This document shows positions 18,690 through 28,380 of a stretch of 64,000 nt of DNA, one piece after another. The notes under the pieces are model-generated. The model searched no databases and was not told where the DNA came from. It was given only the letters and a program-made list of their open reading frames with translations. Every line of letters begins with the position of its first letter. Positions within the stretch are counted from its first letter, which is position 1. The DNA comes from Chitinophagales bacterium (lineage in GTDB: Bacteria; Bacteroidota; Bacteroidia; Chitinophagales; Saprospiraceae). A program made the translations under genes and the position numbers. Location of the stretch: contig JAAFJT010000007.1 of the NCBI GenBank assembly GCA_013298955.1, positions 21,160-85,159 on the forward strand, in the 5' to 3' direction.

Positions 18690-19583
18690 ATGAGAACAAC
18701 ATCGCTTGTTGTCCCACTTTTGCTGTTAACACCGCATTTAGCGATGGCACAGCCCCCTTCACAATATTTGCCCGTCAGTAGCACTGTTGCTTTGATGAGC
18801 GAATCGATTGTGAGTAAGCGACTTTCAAATATCAGTTTTGCTGATACGCTTACGAAAGCCGATTTCCACGAAACCGAAGCTGCCGCACACACGACGCGCA
18901 GAACCGTCATTCACCCGACAGATGCTGAGTTGAACGCGCCTATGCCTCCGTCAACGACGGTTTTGACAGCCTCTAATTGTCAGTATCGCAGCACCATTCA
19001 ATTAGATGGTTTGCCTGTGAGTATGGACATGACGCGTCAAATTAAATCTGAAAATGGCAATTGGGTTATTTCAGAAAAAACGGCTTCGCTTTTTGGTAAT
19101 TCATTGGAAATCAACACAATTGACCAAAAGAGTATGAAACCTGTTAAAAGGATTCTGGAAAATGGTCAATTAAAAATTGAATTGGATTACGCGCCCACTG
19201 CCATTAAAGGCAAAGTACAAGGCGGCTCTATCGACCGAATCATTGCTTTACAAACGGAGCAACCGATTTTGACCGATGGCGCGGGGTTGGATTTAGTGAT
19301 TGGTTCGTTGCCCTTGCGCGAAGGTTTTATTGGTTACTATCGTACGTTCAATCCGCAAAGTCATCAAATTAAAATTAATCAAGTGAAAGTCATCGGTATG
19401 GAACGCGTAACGGTTCCTGCGGGTAGTTTTGACGCGTTCAAAGTCGCTTTCACACCGATTAATGGCGATGAAGCGACGACTTTTTGGATTGAAAAAGGAA
19501 GGGCTGTAAAAATCATGACAACGTTGACGCATCTGAATGATGCCGTGATGATTACCGAGTTGACTCAAGGGGTAGCAAACTAA
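18690..19583 (+). CDS. secreted hypothetical protein; paralogous to the C-terminal domain of the downstream S9 peptidase
   Basis: Signal peptide MRTTSLVVPLLLLTPHLAMAQ. DGAGLDLVIGSLPL...VTVPAGSFDAFKV aligns with EGAGLDLILGAMPL...VNVPAGSFDALKV of ORF 19889-23158. Confidence 0.6.
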   Translation: MRTTSLVVPLLLLTPHLAMAQPPSQYLPVSSTVALMSESIVSKRLSNISFADTLTKADFHETEAAAHTTRRTVIHPTDAELNAPMPPSTTVLTASNCQYRSTIQLDGLPVSMDMTRQIKSENGNWVISEKTASLFGNSLEINTIDQKSMKPVKRILENGQLKIELDYAPTAIKGKVQGGSIDRIIALQTEQPILTDGAGLDLVIGSLPLREGFIGYYRTFNPQSHQIKINQVKVIGMERVTVPAGSFDAFKVAFTPINGDEATTFWIEKGRAVKIMTTLTHLNDAVMITELTQGVAN

Positions 19584-19696
19584 AAGGAGTCACAACGCAT
19601 TGAAACGAATTTTATAATTCAATTTTTAATAAAACCGATAACCTATTGATACCAAAATCTTTACATATATCACAAGAAAATAAAATCGTCGGGCAG

Positions 19697-19730
19697 GGCA
19701 AATGTAATGTAGTTTACGTTTGCCTTTTTT
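19697..19730 (+). terminator. intrinsic terminator candidate
   Basis: GGCAAATG-taatgtagttta-CGTTTGCC followed by TTTTTT. Confidence 0.55.
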
Positions 19731-19830
19731 AATATATTTTAAACTTTTTGTTATAATAGCCATAATTATATTAAAATAAAAAATGTCATAAATAAAGTGT
19801 AAAAAAATTTGGCAGTCTAATTTTAAGGTT

Positions 19831-19838
19831 TACTTTTG
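19831..19838 (+). promoter_or_regulatory. Bacteroidota-type -7 promoter box (TAnnTTTG)
   Basis: TACTTTTG lies 51 nt upstream of ATG 19889. Confidence 0.35.
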
Positions 19839-19888
19839 CGCTTGGTACATGCTGTACCGTTATTTAGTTACAAAAAACAAAACCATTT

Positions 19889-22800
19889 ATGAGAAGCACA
19901 TTCTTCCTGATTTTGCTCTCGGCTCTAACCAGTTCGGAACTCTTCGCGCAAGATATTCCATTAATTCCGAGAGAACATTTTTTTGATAATCCGCAAATTG
20001 CTGGCGGACAACTTTCGCCTAATGGCAAAATGCTGTCTTTCACGAAGCCTTACATGGGTGAAATGAATCTTTGGGTGAAACAAGTCAATGAGCCTTTTGA
20101 CGCGGCTCGGGTGGTGACAGCCGATAGTCGTCCGATTCGACACTATTTTTGGACTGCGGATAGCAAATATTTGTTATACGTTCAGGACAAAAAAGGGGAT
20201 GAAAATTTCCACCTTTATGCTGTTAATCCGACGGACGCGCCTGATAAAGAGGGCGTACCGATAGCGCGGGATTTGACAGATATGAAAAATGTTCGGGCAT
20301 ATATTTATAATGTCTCGAAAAAAGACCCGAATGTGATTCGAGTCGGGTTGAATGATACAGACCCTGCTTGGCACAATCTGTACGAAATCAATATTGCATC
20401 AGGAGCGCGTAAATTATTGCGCGAAAACAAAGACCGTATTACGGATTGGACGTTCGATTGGGATGAAAACTTGCGTTTAGCAAGCCGCACCAATGAAGAT
20501 GGAACCACCGATATTTTGCGGGTTGAACCTGATAATATGATTAAAATTTACGATTGTGGGGCGTTAGAACAAGCCTATACACTTGCTTTTGACAAGGACA
20601 ATAAGCATGTGTATATGGTTTCCAATCATGGTTTGGAAAACAATTTCACGCGTTTGATGTTGCTTGACCCTGCTACAGGCAATGAAACGTTGGTGGAAAC
20701 AGACCCTGATAACAAAGTGGATTTTGAGGAAGCGTTTTTCTCAGAAGCCAGTCGGGAATTAATTTCGACCCGTTATTTTGATTTAAAACCGCGTGCGTAT
20801 TGGAAAAATAAGTTATTTGAAGCCGATTATAATTTATTAAAATCGCGTTTCATGGACAAAGAAGTGCAATTGGTCAATGCGGATGCGATGGAAAATCAAT
20901 GGTTAATATCGGTTTATTCGGATACAGACCCTGGTGAAATCCATTTATTAGACCGCACGACGAAGAAAATTACATTCCAATATCGCCCGCGTCCTAAATT
21001 GAAGCCTGAACAATTGGCTCAAATGATGGCGATTACTTATCCGTCTGTGGATGGATTAGAGATTCCTGCTTATTTGACGACTCCAAGAGGTAAAGTCGCT
21101 ACGAATTTACCATTGATGGTGGTTCCACATGGCGGTCCTTGGGCGCGTGATTATTGGGGTTATAATCGGTATGCGCAATTTTGGGCAAATCGGGGTTATG
21201 CGGTTTTAAGCATGAATTTTAGAGGCTCGACAGGTTATGGCAAGCGTTTTTTGGATGCGGGCAATAAACAGTGGGGCGATAGAATGCAAGATGATATTAC
21301 TTGGGGTGTAAAACATTTAGTTGAAAAAGGGATTGTGAATAAGGATAAAGTGGGGATTACAGGTGGTTCATACGGTGGTTATGCGACTTTGGCAGGGGTG
21401 ACTTTTACGCCTGATGTGTATAAAGCGGCAGTTGCAGAAGTGGCACCTTCTAATTTGAATACTTTATTGGCAACGATTCCGCCTTATTGGGAAGCGGGAC
21501 GCACGATGTTTCATTTGCGCATGGGTGACCCGACGAATGAAGCAGGTAAAGCCCTTTTGGAAAAACAATCTCCTTTGAATCATGTGGCAAATATCAAAAC
21601 ACCTTTGATGATTATTCAAGGTGGAAATGATCCGAGGGTCAAAAAAACGGAGGCTGACCAAATTGTAGTGGCAATGCGGGATAGTAAAATTCCTGTTGAA
21701 TACCTTTGTGCGATGGATGAAGGACATGGTTTTGCGCGTCCTGTGAATAATATGGCAGCATTGGCGGCATCGGAACGGTTCATGGCGAAATATTTAGGGG
21801 GGCGTTTTCAAGAGGAGATAACACCCGAAATTGCGCAGCGATTGGCGGAGATAACCGTTGATATTCAAACGGTTGCATTGGCAAATGCCCAGACTGATGC
21901 GACAAAAATGGCAAGTGCGAGTGCTAAAAAAGCACCAGAAATGCCTGTTGTCGTCGCTCCACAACCTGTTTACGCGCCACCCGCGATAACAAAAGGTGGT
22001 GAAACGATGGGTATGAAAGTGCAGCCTATGAAGGTAGAAAAAGCAATGGAACGGGCTAAAATGGCGGAATCTGCTGCTACGAAGGAAATGGCGCAACCTG
22101 CGGTAACAAAAACCGAAATGAAAGTGGAGGAAGTGAAATCAACGATTACGAAAGTAGAAGATATGAAGCTGGCGCAACCTACTGTTACTAAAACAGAAAT
22201 AGTTGTTGAAAATATGCCAAGCGTTACAAAAACGGAAACGATTGTAAAATCAGCACCCGTTGTAACCCAATCCGAAGTGACCAAAACGGAAATGGTTGTA
22301 AAATCAGCCCCTGTTGTGACCCAATCCGAAGTTACAAAAACGCAAAAAAGGGTTGAAGTAACCATAGATGAACATGGTAAGAGAACCGAAAAAATAACTG
22401 AAAATGTCACAACGACTCCACAGGAGCCAAATGTCAAAATGACGGACTCAAAGGTGGTGGTTCAATCAGAAACCGTTGTAAGTGAGCAAAATGGGAATGA
22501 CCGATTTTCAAATATAGGTGAAATGTTACAATCTACTACGGATTTAGCAGAAGGGACTTTTAAATATCATGTAACGGTACGGGCAAATAATCAAGAAACA
22601 CCGATTGAAACGGAATTGCTTAGAGAGGTCAAAGCAGAAGGCAATCGGTGGAAAATTACAGAAGTGTCGAAATCGGGCAATCAAAAAACGTCTGATGTCA
22701 ATACTTTGGAGCGAAAAACATTCAAACCTGTGCAACGAGAAACTGAAATCGGCGAAAAACGCATGGTTTTAGCTTACGAGCCAAGTTTGATGCGGAGTAA

Positions 22801-23158
22801 AATTATGGATGAGGCTGGTACGAGAGAAGAATCGTATCCAACCGATGAAAAAGTTCTTTCTGAAGGTGCCGGTTTGGATTTGATATTGGGCGCGATGCCG
22901 TTAACAGCAGGCTTGAAGTTTTCTTATAAAACGTTTGATGCTGATAGACAACAACTTACAGCGCATAATTTGAAAGTTTCTGATAAAGAAATGGTCAATG
23001 TGCCTGCGGGAAGTTTTGATGCCTTGAAAGTCGAAAGTACTTCAACCGATGGTCAAACGATTTCAACTTACTGGATTGCAGCAGGTAAAACGGTGAAAAT
23101 GAGTAAACAATCGCCGCAAACCAATGGCACAATCGTTATTTCTGAATTAATGAAATAA
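19889..23158 (+). CDS. S9 family serine peptidase (beta-propeller plus alpha/beta hydrolase) fused to a VTKTE-repeat linker and a C-terminal domain of unknown function
   Basis: Signal peptide. Nucleophile elbow GGSYGGY. QGGNDPRV and DEGHGF carry the Asp and His of the catalytic triad. Residues from about 640 onward are low-complexity (..VTKTE..) followed by an approximately 200-aa domain shared with ORF 18690-19583. Confidence 0.85.
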   Translation: MRSTFFLILLSALTSSELFAQDIPLIPREHFFDNPQIAGGQLSPNGKMLSFTKPYMGEMNLWVKQVNEPFDAARVVTADSRPIRHYFWTADSKYLLYVQDKKGDENFHLYAVNPTDAPDKEGVPIARDLTDMKNVRAYIYNVSKKDPNVIRVGLNDTDPAWHNLYEINIASGARKLLRENKDRITDWTFDWDENLRLASRTNEDGTTDILRVEPDNMIKIYDCGALEQAYTLAFDKDNKHVYMVSNHGLENNFTRLMLLDPATGNETLVETDPDNKVDFEEAFFSEASRELISTRYFDLKPRAYWKNKLFEADYNLLKSRFMDKEVQLVNADAMENQWLISVYSDTDPGEIHLLDRTTKKITFQYRPRPKLKPEQLAQMMAITYPSVDGLEIPAYLTTPRGKVATNLPLMVVPHGGPWARDYWGYNRYAQFWANRGYAVLSMNFRGSTGYGKRFLDAGNKQWGDRMQDDITWGVKHLVEKGIVNKDKVGITGGSYGGYATLAGVTFTPDVYKAAVAEVAPSNLNTLLATIPPYWEAGRTMFHLRMGDPTNEAGKALLEKQSPLNHVANIKTPLMIIQGGNDPRVKKTEADQIVVAMRDSKIPVEYLCAMDEGHGFARPVNNMAALAASERFMAKYLGGRFQEEITPEIAQRLAEITVDIQTVALANAQTDATKMASASAKKAPEMPVVVAPQPVYAPPAITKGGETMGMKVQPMKVEKAMERAKMAESAATKEMAQPAVTKTEMKVEEVKSTITKVEDMKLAQPTVTKTEIVVENMPSVTKTETIVKSAPVVTQSEVTKTEMVVKSAPVVTQSEVTKTQKRVEVTIDEHGKRTEKITENVTTTPQEPNVKMTDSKVVVQSETVVSEQNGNDRFSNIGEMLQSTTDLAEGTFKYHVTVRANNQETPIETELLREVKAEGNRWKITEVSKSGNQKTSDVNTLERKTFKPVQRETEIGEKRMVLAYEPSLMRSKIMDEAGTREESYPTDEKVLSEGAGLDLILGAMPLTAGLKFSYKTFDADRQQLTAHNLKVSDKEMVNVPAGSFDALKVESTSTDGQTISTYWIAAGKTVKMSKQSPQTNGTIVISELMK
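22244..22351 (+). repeat. 54-nt (18-codon) in-frame tandem duplication inside the S9 peptidase linker
   Basis: VKSAPVVTQSEVTKTEMV / VKSAPVVTQSEVTKTQKR. The DNA copies at 22244 and 22298 differ at a few positions. Confidence 0.85.
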
Positions 23159-23228
23159 GTTAGAACTCATAGGTTTATAGGGTTCACATAATGTGTTGAT
23201 TTTCAATGCACTATGTGGAATTTTACTG

Positions 23229-23317
23229 GGGCATGTAACAAAATTAGTAGTTGGGAAATTTATTTCACGTGTATCACGTGAAATAAATTTCCCAACTACT
23301 AATTTTGTTACATGCCC
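23229..23317. repeat. 89-nt perfect palindrome (43-nt arms, 3-nt centre) between convergent genes
   Basis: GGGCATGTAACAAAATTAGTAGTTGGGAAATTTATTTCACGTG-tat-exact reverse complement. Confidence 0.95.
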
Positions 23318-23363
23318 TTTTATTGCTTCTAATCATTTAAATACAAAATTTTCAATAAGTGTT

Positions 23364-25046
23364 TTATGGTGATTTTCGTTTAAAAATCTCTGTAACGACG
23401 CAAGAATCACTGGATATATCTTGATTTAAATGTTTCCAGCGCAAATCTGGTGGCGAAAATGGTTTGGATAAATCTTTATATATTTTGCCAATCATATCAT
23501 AATCATTGCAAAATTGTTTTTTCCAATGATTTAAATAATTGGAAGTGACTTGATTATGAGTTTTACTATTAATCTGATAGCTGTAAATAAAAATTTTTGG
23601 ACGAGCTTTTTCTGTTTCTGTTACAAATTGTTTGGACATAGGAATAGCATAGGGCTGATGTTCTATCAATGGATAATGATATAGGAAACCCGTAGAAGCC
23701 ATTCGATTGGCATAAAAATAAACTTGAGGCTCGCCTCCAAGAATCCCGATTTTATCATTCGATTTTGTTAGACTAGGGAGCATCTTGCCAATTGAGCGCA
23801 TTTCTGTACATACGTCTCCATCGTACATATTCAACATAATTTCATTAGGAGACCAAAGAAAAAGATACCCAAATTGGGCAAGGATAAAGGCACAAAATCC
23901 CATTATTTGTAATTTTACAGGGTTTAATTGCCATTTTTGAGTGGTTTTTGCCCATAAAATGCAGCATCTTGCTATTCCCAAAGCGATTAATAAGGCTGCC
24001 GATGGAAACATGAGTTGAAAATAATGAGGGCGGTAATAGCCTCCTGGACAAACACAGGCAAAAGAACATGCAAAGAATAAAAGTAAAAATATGCGTAAGT
24101 GCAGGGATTTTGACTTGTTTTTATCAATTTTATCTGCCCATTTCGGCAACAATAAAACTCGAATTGCTGCAAAAAAGAGTATCCAGTGTACACAACTATT
24201 CCAAAAAATAGGGCGAAAATTAGATATATATTTCAAGGGCGGCGAAATTAAGGAGGTGTAAGCAGCCGCATATTTGAATGTTAAAAAGTAAAAAGGTTCA
24301 AATAGATGATTCTTGTATAAATACTCGCTTAACGCGATTGTTGGCAATAAACAACCGATTCCGAAAAAAAAGTAGCGAGTTATGAGTGTTTTTAGAAAGG
24401 AGCTATTGATTAAATTACTGAAATGGAATGTTTTAGGAGATTCTAAACTAATGAAACCAATCCAAAGCGTTGCGAAGAGAAGGTAGCCAAAAGCATGTTG
24501 TTTGGTTAGAAAAGCGGACATTAAGGCAATGCCTGCGCAAGTTAATAAGAAATTTTGCTTTGAAATTTCGTTTTTTTCAACATTGGATAACAGATAAATA
24601 CCTATCAAGGCTGGCAACAAAACAAAATGTTCTGAATTAGAAACCCAACCTTGTGCTTCATAAGTAAGGCTTAACAATAAATACACGGATGGTGCAATGA
24701 TACTTTCATCTGCTTTCAATTTTGTTTTGGCAATCAAATAGACCAATCCTGTATTAAAGAAATTGATACACATTGTTGCAAACCGAATGGCGATTGCATG
24801 ATGACCTAAGTATTTGATTATCAAGGCAAATGCAAAATAAGTACCAGGCATTTTCATATTATAAAAATCGTGGTAAGGCAACAACCCTTGTAAAATGGAT
24901 TGTCCTGCATACGCATATTCTCCTTCATCGCGCTCAAAGGCAATGTCCAATAAGCGGAGTCGGACATAGGCAACTAATAGAATTGCGAAAAGTAAAAATA
25001 ATCTATTGGGTTTTGCAAAAAAAATGCGAAATTTTTGATAATTCAT
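23364..25046 (-). CDS. polytopic membrane glycosyltransferase, GT-C fold (ArnT/PMT, GT39-like)
   Basis: More than 10 TM segments. First-loop motif FERDEGEYAYAGQSIL is typical of the ArnT/PMT family. Soluble C-terminal domain. Confidence 0.55.
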   Translation of the reverse strand: MNYQKFRIFFAKPNRLFLLFAILLVAYVRLRLLDIAFERDEGEYAYAGQSILQGLLPYHDFYNMKMPGTYFAFALIIKYLGHHAIAIRFATMCINFFNTGLVYLIAKTKLKADESIIAPSVYLLLSLTYEAQGWVSNSEHFVLLPALIGIYLLSNVEKNEISKQNFLLTCAGIALMSAFLTKQHAFGYLLFATLWIGFISLESPKTFHFSNLINSSFLKTLITRYFFFGIGCLLPTIALSEYLYKNHLFEPFYFLTFKYAAAYTSLISPPLKYISNFRPIFWNSCVHWILFFAAIRVLLLPKWADKIDKNKSKSLHLRIFLLLFFACSFACVCPGGYYRPHYFQLMFPSAALLIALGIARCCILWAKTTQKWQLNPVKLQIMGFCAFILAQFGYLFLWSPNEIMLNMYDGDVCTEMRSIGKMLPSLTKSNDKIGILGGEPQVYFYANRMASTGFLYHYPLIEHQPYAIPMSKQFVTETEKARPKIFIYSYQINSKTHNQVTSNYLNHWKKQFCNDYDMIGKIYKDLSKPFSPPDLRWKHLNQDISSDSCVVTEIFKRKSP

Positions 25047-25084
25047 TGATTTATAAATAAATACACTTAAATTGAATAGGCTGT

Positions 25085-25137
25085 GTAGTCGGGAGATTTA
25101 TTTCCCACTAATTAGTGGAAATAAATCTCCCGACTAC
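25085..25137. repeat. 53-nt near-perfect palindrome related to the 23229-23317 palindrome
   Basis: GTAGTCGGGAGATTTATTTCCCAC-taatta-GTGGAAATAAATCTCCCGACTAC (one bulged C). It shares the core GTAGTyGGGArATTTATTTC with the 23229 palindrome. Confidence 0.85.
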
Positions 25138-25951
25138 TATATACCTATTGAATAGTATCGTTTGTAAATTAAAATTAAAAAATAAATCCATATACCCACA
25201 AATGACCATTTTAAGGCAGTCTCAATATAACTTTTTTGATTGAGAAGTATTTTCCATTGAGTTAAACTACCTCCTAAAACAAGCATTATCAAGGCATAAG
25301 TGGCTAAATAATATTTAGCCGTATGAATATCGGTCACTTCGCCCCCAACGGAATCCCAGTGTAAGTATGTTGATAGGAGGAAAAGGCTTGTCATACCATG
25401 CGCAATCAGTAGCATTAAACCTCTATCTACTCGTGTCCACCGAATGGGTTGTAAAGCAACAAGAATCACAAGCAGAATTAAAAATACAATTGTAACTTTT
25501 TCAGGTAAGCGAATTAATTCCCAACCAAATGTGGCAATGTAGCTTTGATTGGTATGAGAATAGCTTGAAAAAGTAGCGGATATAAATTTTTCTAAAAATT
25601 CAATAGGTTGATTTAGAATATATTGTACTTGTAAATCTGGATTAACATTATATCCAGGGTGCAAGTCTTGATAAGTATTTTTAGTAATATCTGCAAAAGG
25701 ATAAATGAGTTGGTGTAGATGTGATGACCAAATTTTTATTAAAAGAAGGTTTAATACCAAATTTAAACCCACGAAAATATATTTTTTGGTCGATCGGCAA
25801 TATGATAGGCTTTATAAAAGTGATTAAATTCATCAGGCGAGTGAAATGGTGGTACTAAAATGATTAAGGTGAGCCCTAACAGGGCTGTTGACCAAAACCA
25901 AATTTTATAATTAAAAAAGCTTGGGTTTTTGTTTAAAATTTGATTTATCAT
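25137..25951 (-). CDS. DUF2142-like membrane protein, apparently split by a frameshift at an A6 run (about 25782-25787)
   Basis: N-terminal piece from ATG 25951: MINQILNKN...VPPFHSPDEFNHFYKAYHIADRPKN. The body (25137-25772, GTG start) is hydrophobic and continues in the +1 frame. Confidence 0.5.
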
Positions 25952-26021
25952 ACTGTTTTTAAAATAAAATTTTATAGTGAATTGATTATGTATTTTTATT
26001 ATATTTATATGATTTGTGAAA

Positions 26022-28031
26022 TTAGAGGGTTTGTTCAGGGTAAATGATGACAAAATTTTTATCCGTAAAATAGTGTGACAGCACCCGCAATAACCTTTCC
26101 ATACCGCGTTGATACGAAACGGTTTGTTCTCGCGCACTCACAATGAGCAATAAATCATCATTTGAAACCAAGGTTTCGGCGCGTTCAAAAACATCCCAAT
26201 CTTGGAACATTTGTATCTCCGCATCTAACGCAGGACGTTGTTTTTTAAACAAATTTTTGAAAAAATCAATATCGCTTTCGGCTACATAAAAAGTTATATT
26301 TTTACTCAATTGTCCACTCAGCCGTTTAATAATGGTCAACCAATGCTTAAATCCACTTTCCAACGCGGCATTTTGAGGTACAATTATAATTATTTTTGAT
26401 AATGTATTAATCGGTTGTAATACTTTGGAAACCAATATATTGTTATTTGTATTTTGTAATAATTGGGTCATAATCGAACCAAAGAAAAAATCAGTTGTAG
26501 AGGCTTTTCCATTCCAACCCATCACCACATCACTAATCGCCAAATCTTTGATTGCACGCAAAATACCACCTGATGTATTTAAATCAACCCGTTGAATCAC
26601 TTCAATATTCGTTTCCGTTGCGGCAGCATGAGCAATAGCTTTTTCAAACAATTTGTTGTTAATTAGGATGTTTTTCTTTGCCTCTGAATCGTCATTGACC
26701 ACACTGAGTGGATAAATAGGTTCGTGTGAACGCGGATTTTTAATCAAAATCGCTAAATCTAACAATTGTTCAAAATTGGCGGGATTGGCTAAGGGGACTA
26801 AAATTCGTTCTAAGCGTTCATTATCTTTGGCTATATTTTGCAATTCATGGATTGCCAATTTTTTAGCAGCGCGTTCTGTGATAAAAGTGGAGGCGATACA
26901 GGTAACTAAAATCATTAAAATAGTACCATTCATCACACTTTCATCAAATAGTTTTAATTCAAAACCAATTAAAATAATAGCTAATGTCGCGGCTGCATGA
27001 GAACTGCCTAATCCAAAAATAATATTTCTTTCGGTCGTCGAATAACCAAATATTTGTTGGGTAATGTAGGCTGCTAACCATTTGGTAACATAGGCTACCG
27101 TTAAAATGGTTGCGGCTACTTTTAGGGCGGCATGCGTTCCAAATAGGATTTTTAAATCAACTATCATCCCCACTCGAATCAAAAAAAACGGAATAAACAA
27201 CGCATTTCCCACAAATTGGATTCGATTCATCAAAGGAGATGCATGCGGAATGAGTCTGTTTAACGCCAAACCTGCTAAAAATGCCCCAATAATCGGTTCA
27301 ATATGCGCAATTTCTGCCAAACTCGCAGAGGCAAAAACGACGGTTAACGTAAAAATATATTGCGAAACACCCTCACTTTCAATGTTTTGGAAAAACCATC
27401 GCGCTATTTTTGGGAAAACCCAAAGCACTACCGTTGAAAAAAAGATTAAAGAAGCTGCCATTTCCAATAGAAATGGTAGATTAAGGTTGCCTTTGGCACT
27501 CGCTGTGATGAGTGATAACAATAATAACGCAGCCGTATCAGTGATAATCGTTCCTCCAACCGTAATCGTCACCGCTTCATTTTTGGTAACGCCCAATCGA
27601 CTGACAATAGGGTAGGAGATGAGCGTATGCGTCGCGTACATGCTGGCGAGCAAAAGCGAGGATTGGAATGGAAAACCGAGATAATAAAAAGTGGTTATCG
27701 TGCCAATGGATAACGGTATTGAAAAAGTTAAAAACCCGAAAACGGCTGATTTCAACGAGTTGCGTTTGAAATCTCGAAAATCAATTTCCAAGCCCGCCAA
27801 AAACATGATGTAAAGTAAGCCGATAGAGGCAAACATTTTCACCGCCGCATCAATTTCTAAAAGTCCAAAACCATGTGTGCCAACTGCCACTCCTGCAAGT
27901 ATCAAACCGACAATGCTGGGTACGCGAATGACGCGCAACAACATGGGTGCGAGCAAAATAATGAACAATAGGAGTGCAAATTGCAGCACTGGGTCTTTAA
28001 TGGGCAGGGTCAAACTGAATGTCAATATCAT
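26022..28031 (-). CDS. cation:proton antiporter (CPA1/CPA2 superfamily) with a C-terminal USP-like cytoplasmic domain
   Basis: About 12 TM segments and an Na+/H+ exchanger-type N-terminus (PSIVGLILAGVAVG). An approximately 270-aa soluble tail. Confidence 0.8.
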   Translation of the reverse strand: MILTFSLTLPIKDPVLQFALLLFIILLAPMLLRVIRVPSIVGLILAGVAVGTHGFGLLEIDAAVKMFASIGLLYIMFLAGLEIDFRDFKRNSLKSAVFGFLTFSIPLSIGTITTFYYLGFPFQSSLLLASMYATHTLISYPIVSRLGVTKNEAVTITVGGTIITDTAALLLLSLITASAKGNLNLPFLLEMAASLIFFSTVVLWVFPKIARWFFQNIESEGVSQYIFTLTVVFASASLAEIAHIEPIIGAFLAGLALNRLIPHASPLMNRIQFVGNALFIPFFLIRVGMIVDLKILFGTHAALKVAATILTVAYVTKWLAAYITQQIFGYSTTERNIIFGLGSSHAAATLAIILIGFELKLFDESVMNGTILMILVTCIASTFITERAAKKLAIHELQNIAKDNERLERILVPLANPANFEQLLDLAILIKNPRSHEPIYPLSVVNDDSEAKKNILINNKLFEKAIAHAAATETNIEVIQRVDLNTSGGILRAIKDLAISDVVMGWNGKASTTDFFFGSIMTQLLQNTNNNILVSKVLQPINTLSKIIIIVPQNAALESGFKHWLTIIKRLSGQLSKNITFYVAESDIDFFKNLFKKQRPALDAEIQMFQDWDVFERAETLVSNDDLLLIVSAREQTVSYQRGMERLLRVLSHYFTDKNFVIIYPEQTL

Positions 28032-28219
28032 GTGGGTGATTTTTACGGTGCAAATGTAGGCGATTTTAACATGCTATTTGCGGATTTTTTAGATTATTTG
28101 TTCACAAATATTTTAAAAAAATATGTTTATTGGTTTAATGAATTGTAACATGAATTGTTATAAATTTGCACCAAAAGAAACGCCCTTTCAAGGGATTGCG
28201 ATGTATGATTTGCGTCGAG

Positions 28220-28364
28220 TGGTTTTGGATACAATTGGAACGCGGATGGAGCGGGTTAGCGCGGATTTTTTTTGAAATTCAGTGCAAAATTCGTAAAAAT
28301 TCAAAAAAAATCCGTGAAAATTCGCCCAATCCGCGTCATCCGCGTTCCAATTGTATTGCAAAAC
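28220..28364. repeat. CGGAT-family palindromic element, copy C (same subtype as copy B)
   Basis: TGGTTTTGGATACAATTGGAACGCGGATGGAGCGGG ... AATCCGCGTCATCCGCGTTCCAATTGTATTGCAAAAC. It ends 17 nt upstream of the ruvB ATG. Confidence 0.85.
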
Positions 28365-28380
28365 GATCATTAAATAATAT

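Noticed and set aside
21970-22437. 155-aa antisense ORF inside the S9 peptidase linker, and the overlapping ORFs at 29571-29946 around the lipoprotein gene
   Set aside because: These are low-complexity frames opposite or overlapping repeat-encoding sense sequence, with no independent start context or recognisable motifs.
23165-23220. Weak similarity of ACTCATAGGTTTATAGGGTTCACATAATGTG...CACTATGTGGAA to the CCTATGTGACC sub-repeat of the 8891-9465 island
   Set aside because: Only short ATAGG/CACAT matches are shared. It is more simply explained as an imperfect hairpin after the S9 peptidase gene.
25952-26137. N-terminal extension of the 124-aa ORF (25763-26137)
   Set aside because: The extension overlaps the 3' end of the antiporter gene, and its sequence is not membrane-protein-like. 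ATG 25951 (MINQ...) is the sensible start.
27106-27615. 169-aa plus-strand ORF inside the antiporter gene, and similar long antisense ORFs (5080-5424, 30386-30748, 31698-32108, 36436-36816, 49197-49634)
   Set aside because: Each lies fully within a well-supported gene on the other strand. None has a motif I recognise.
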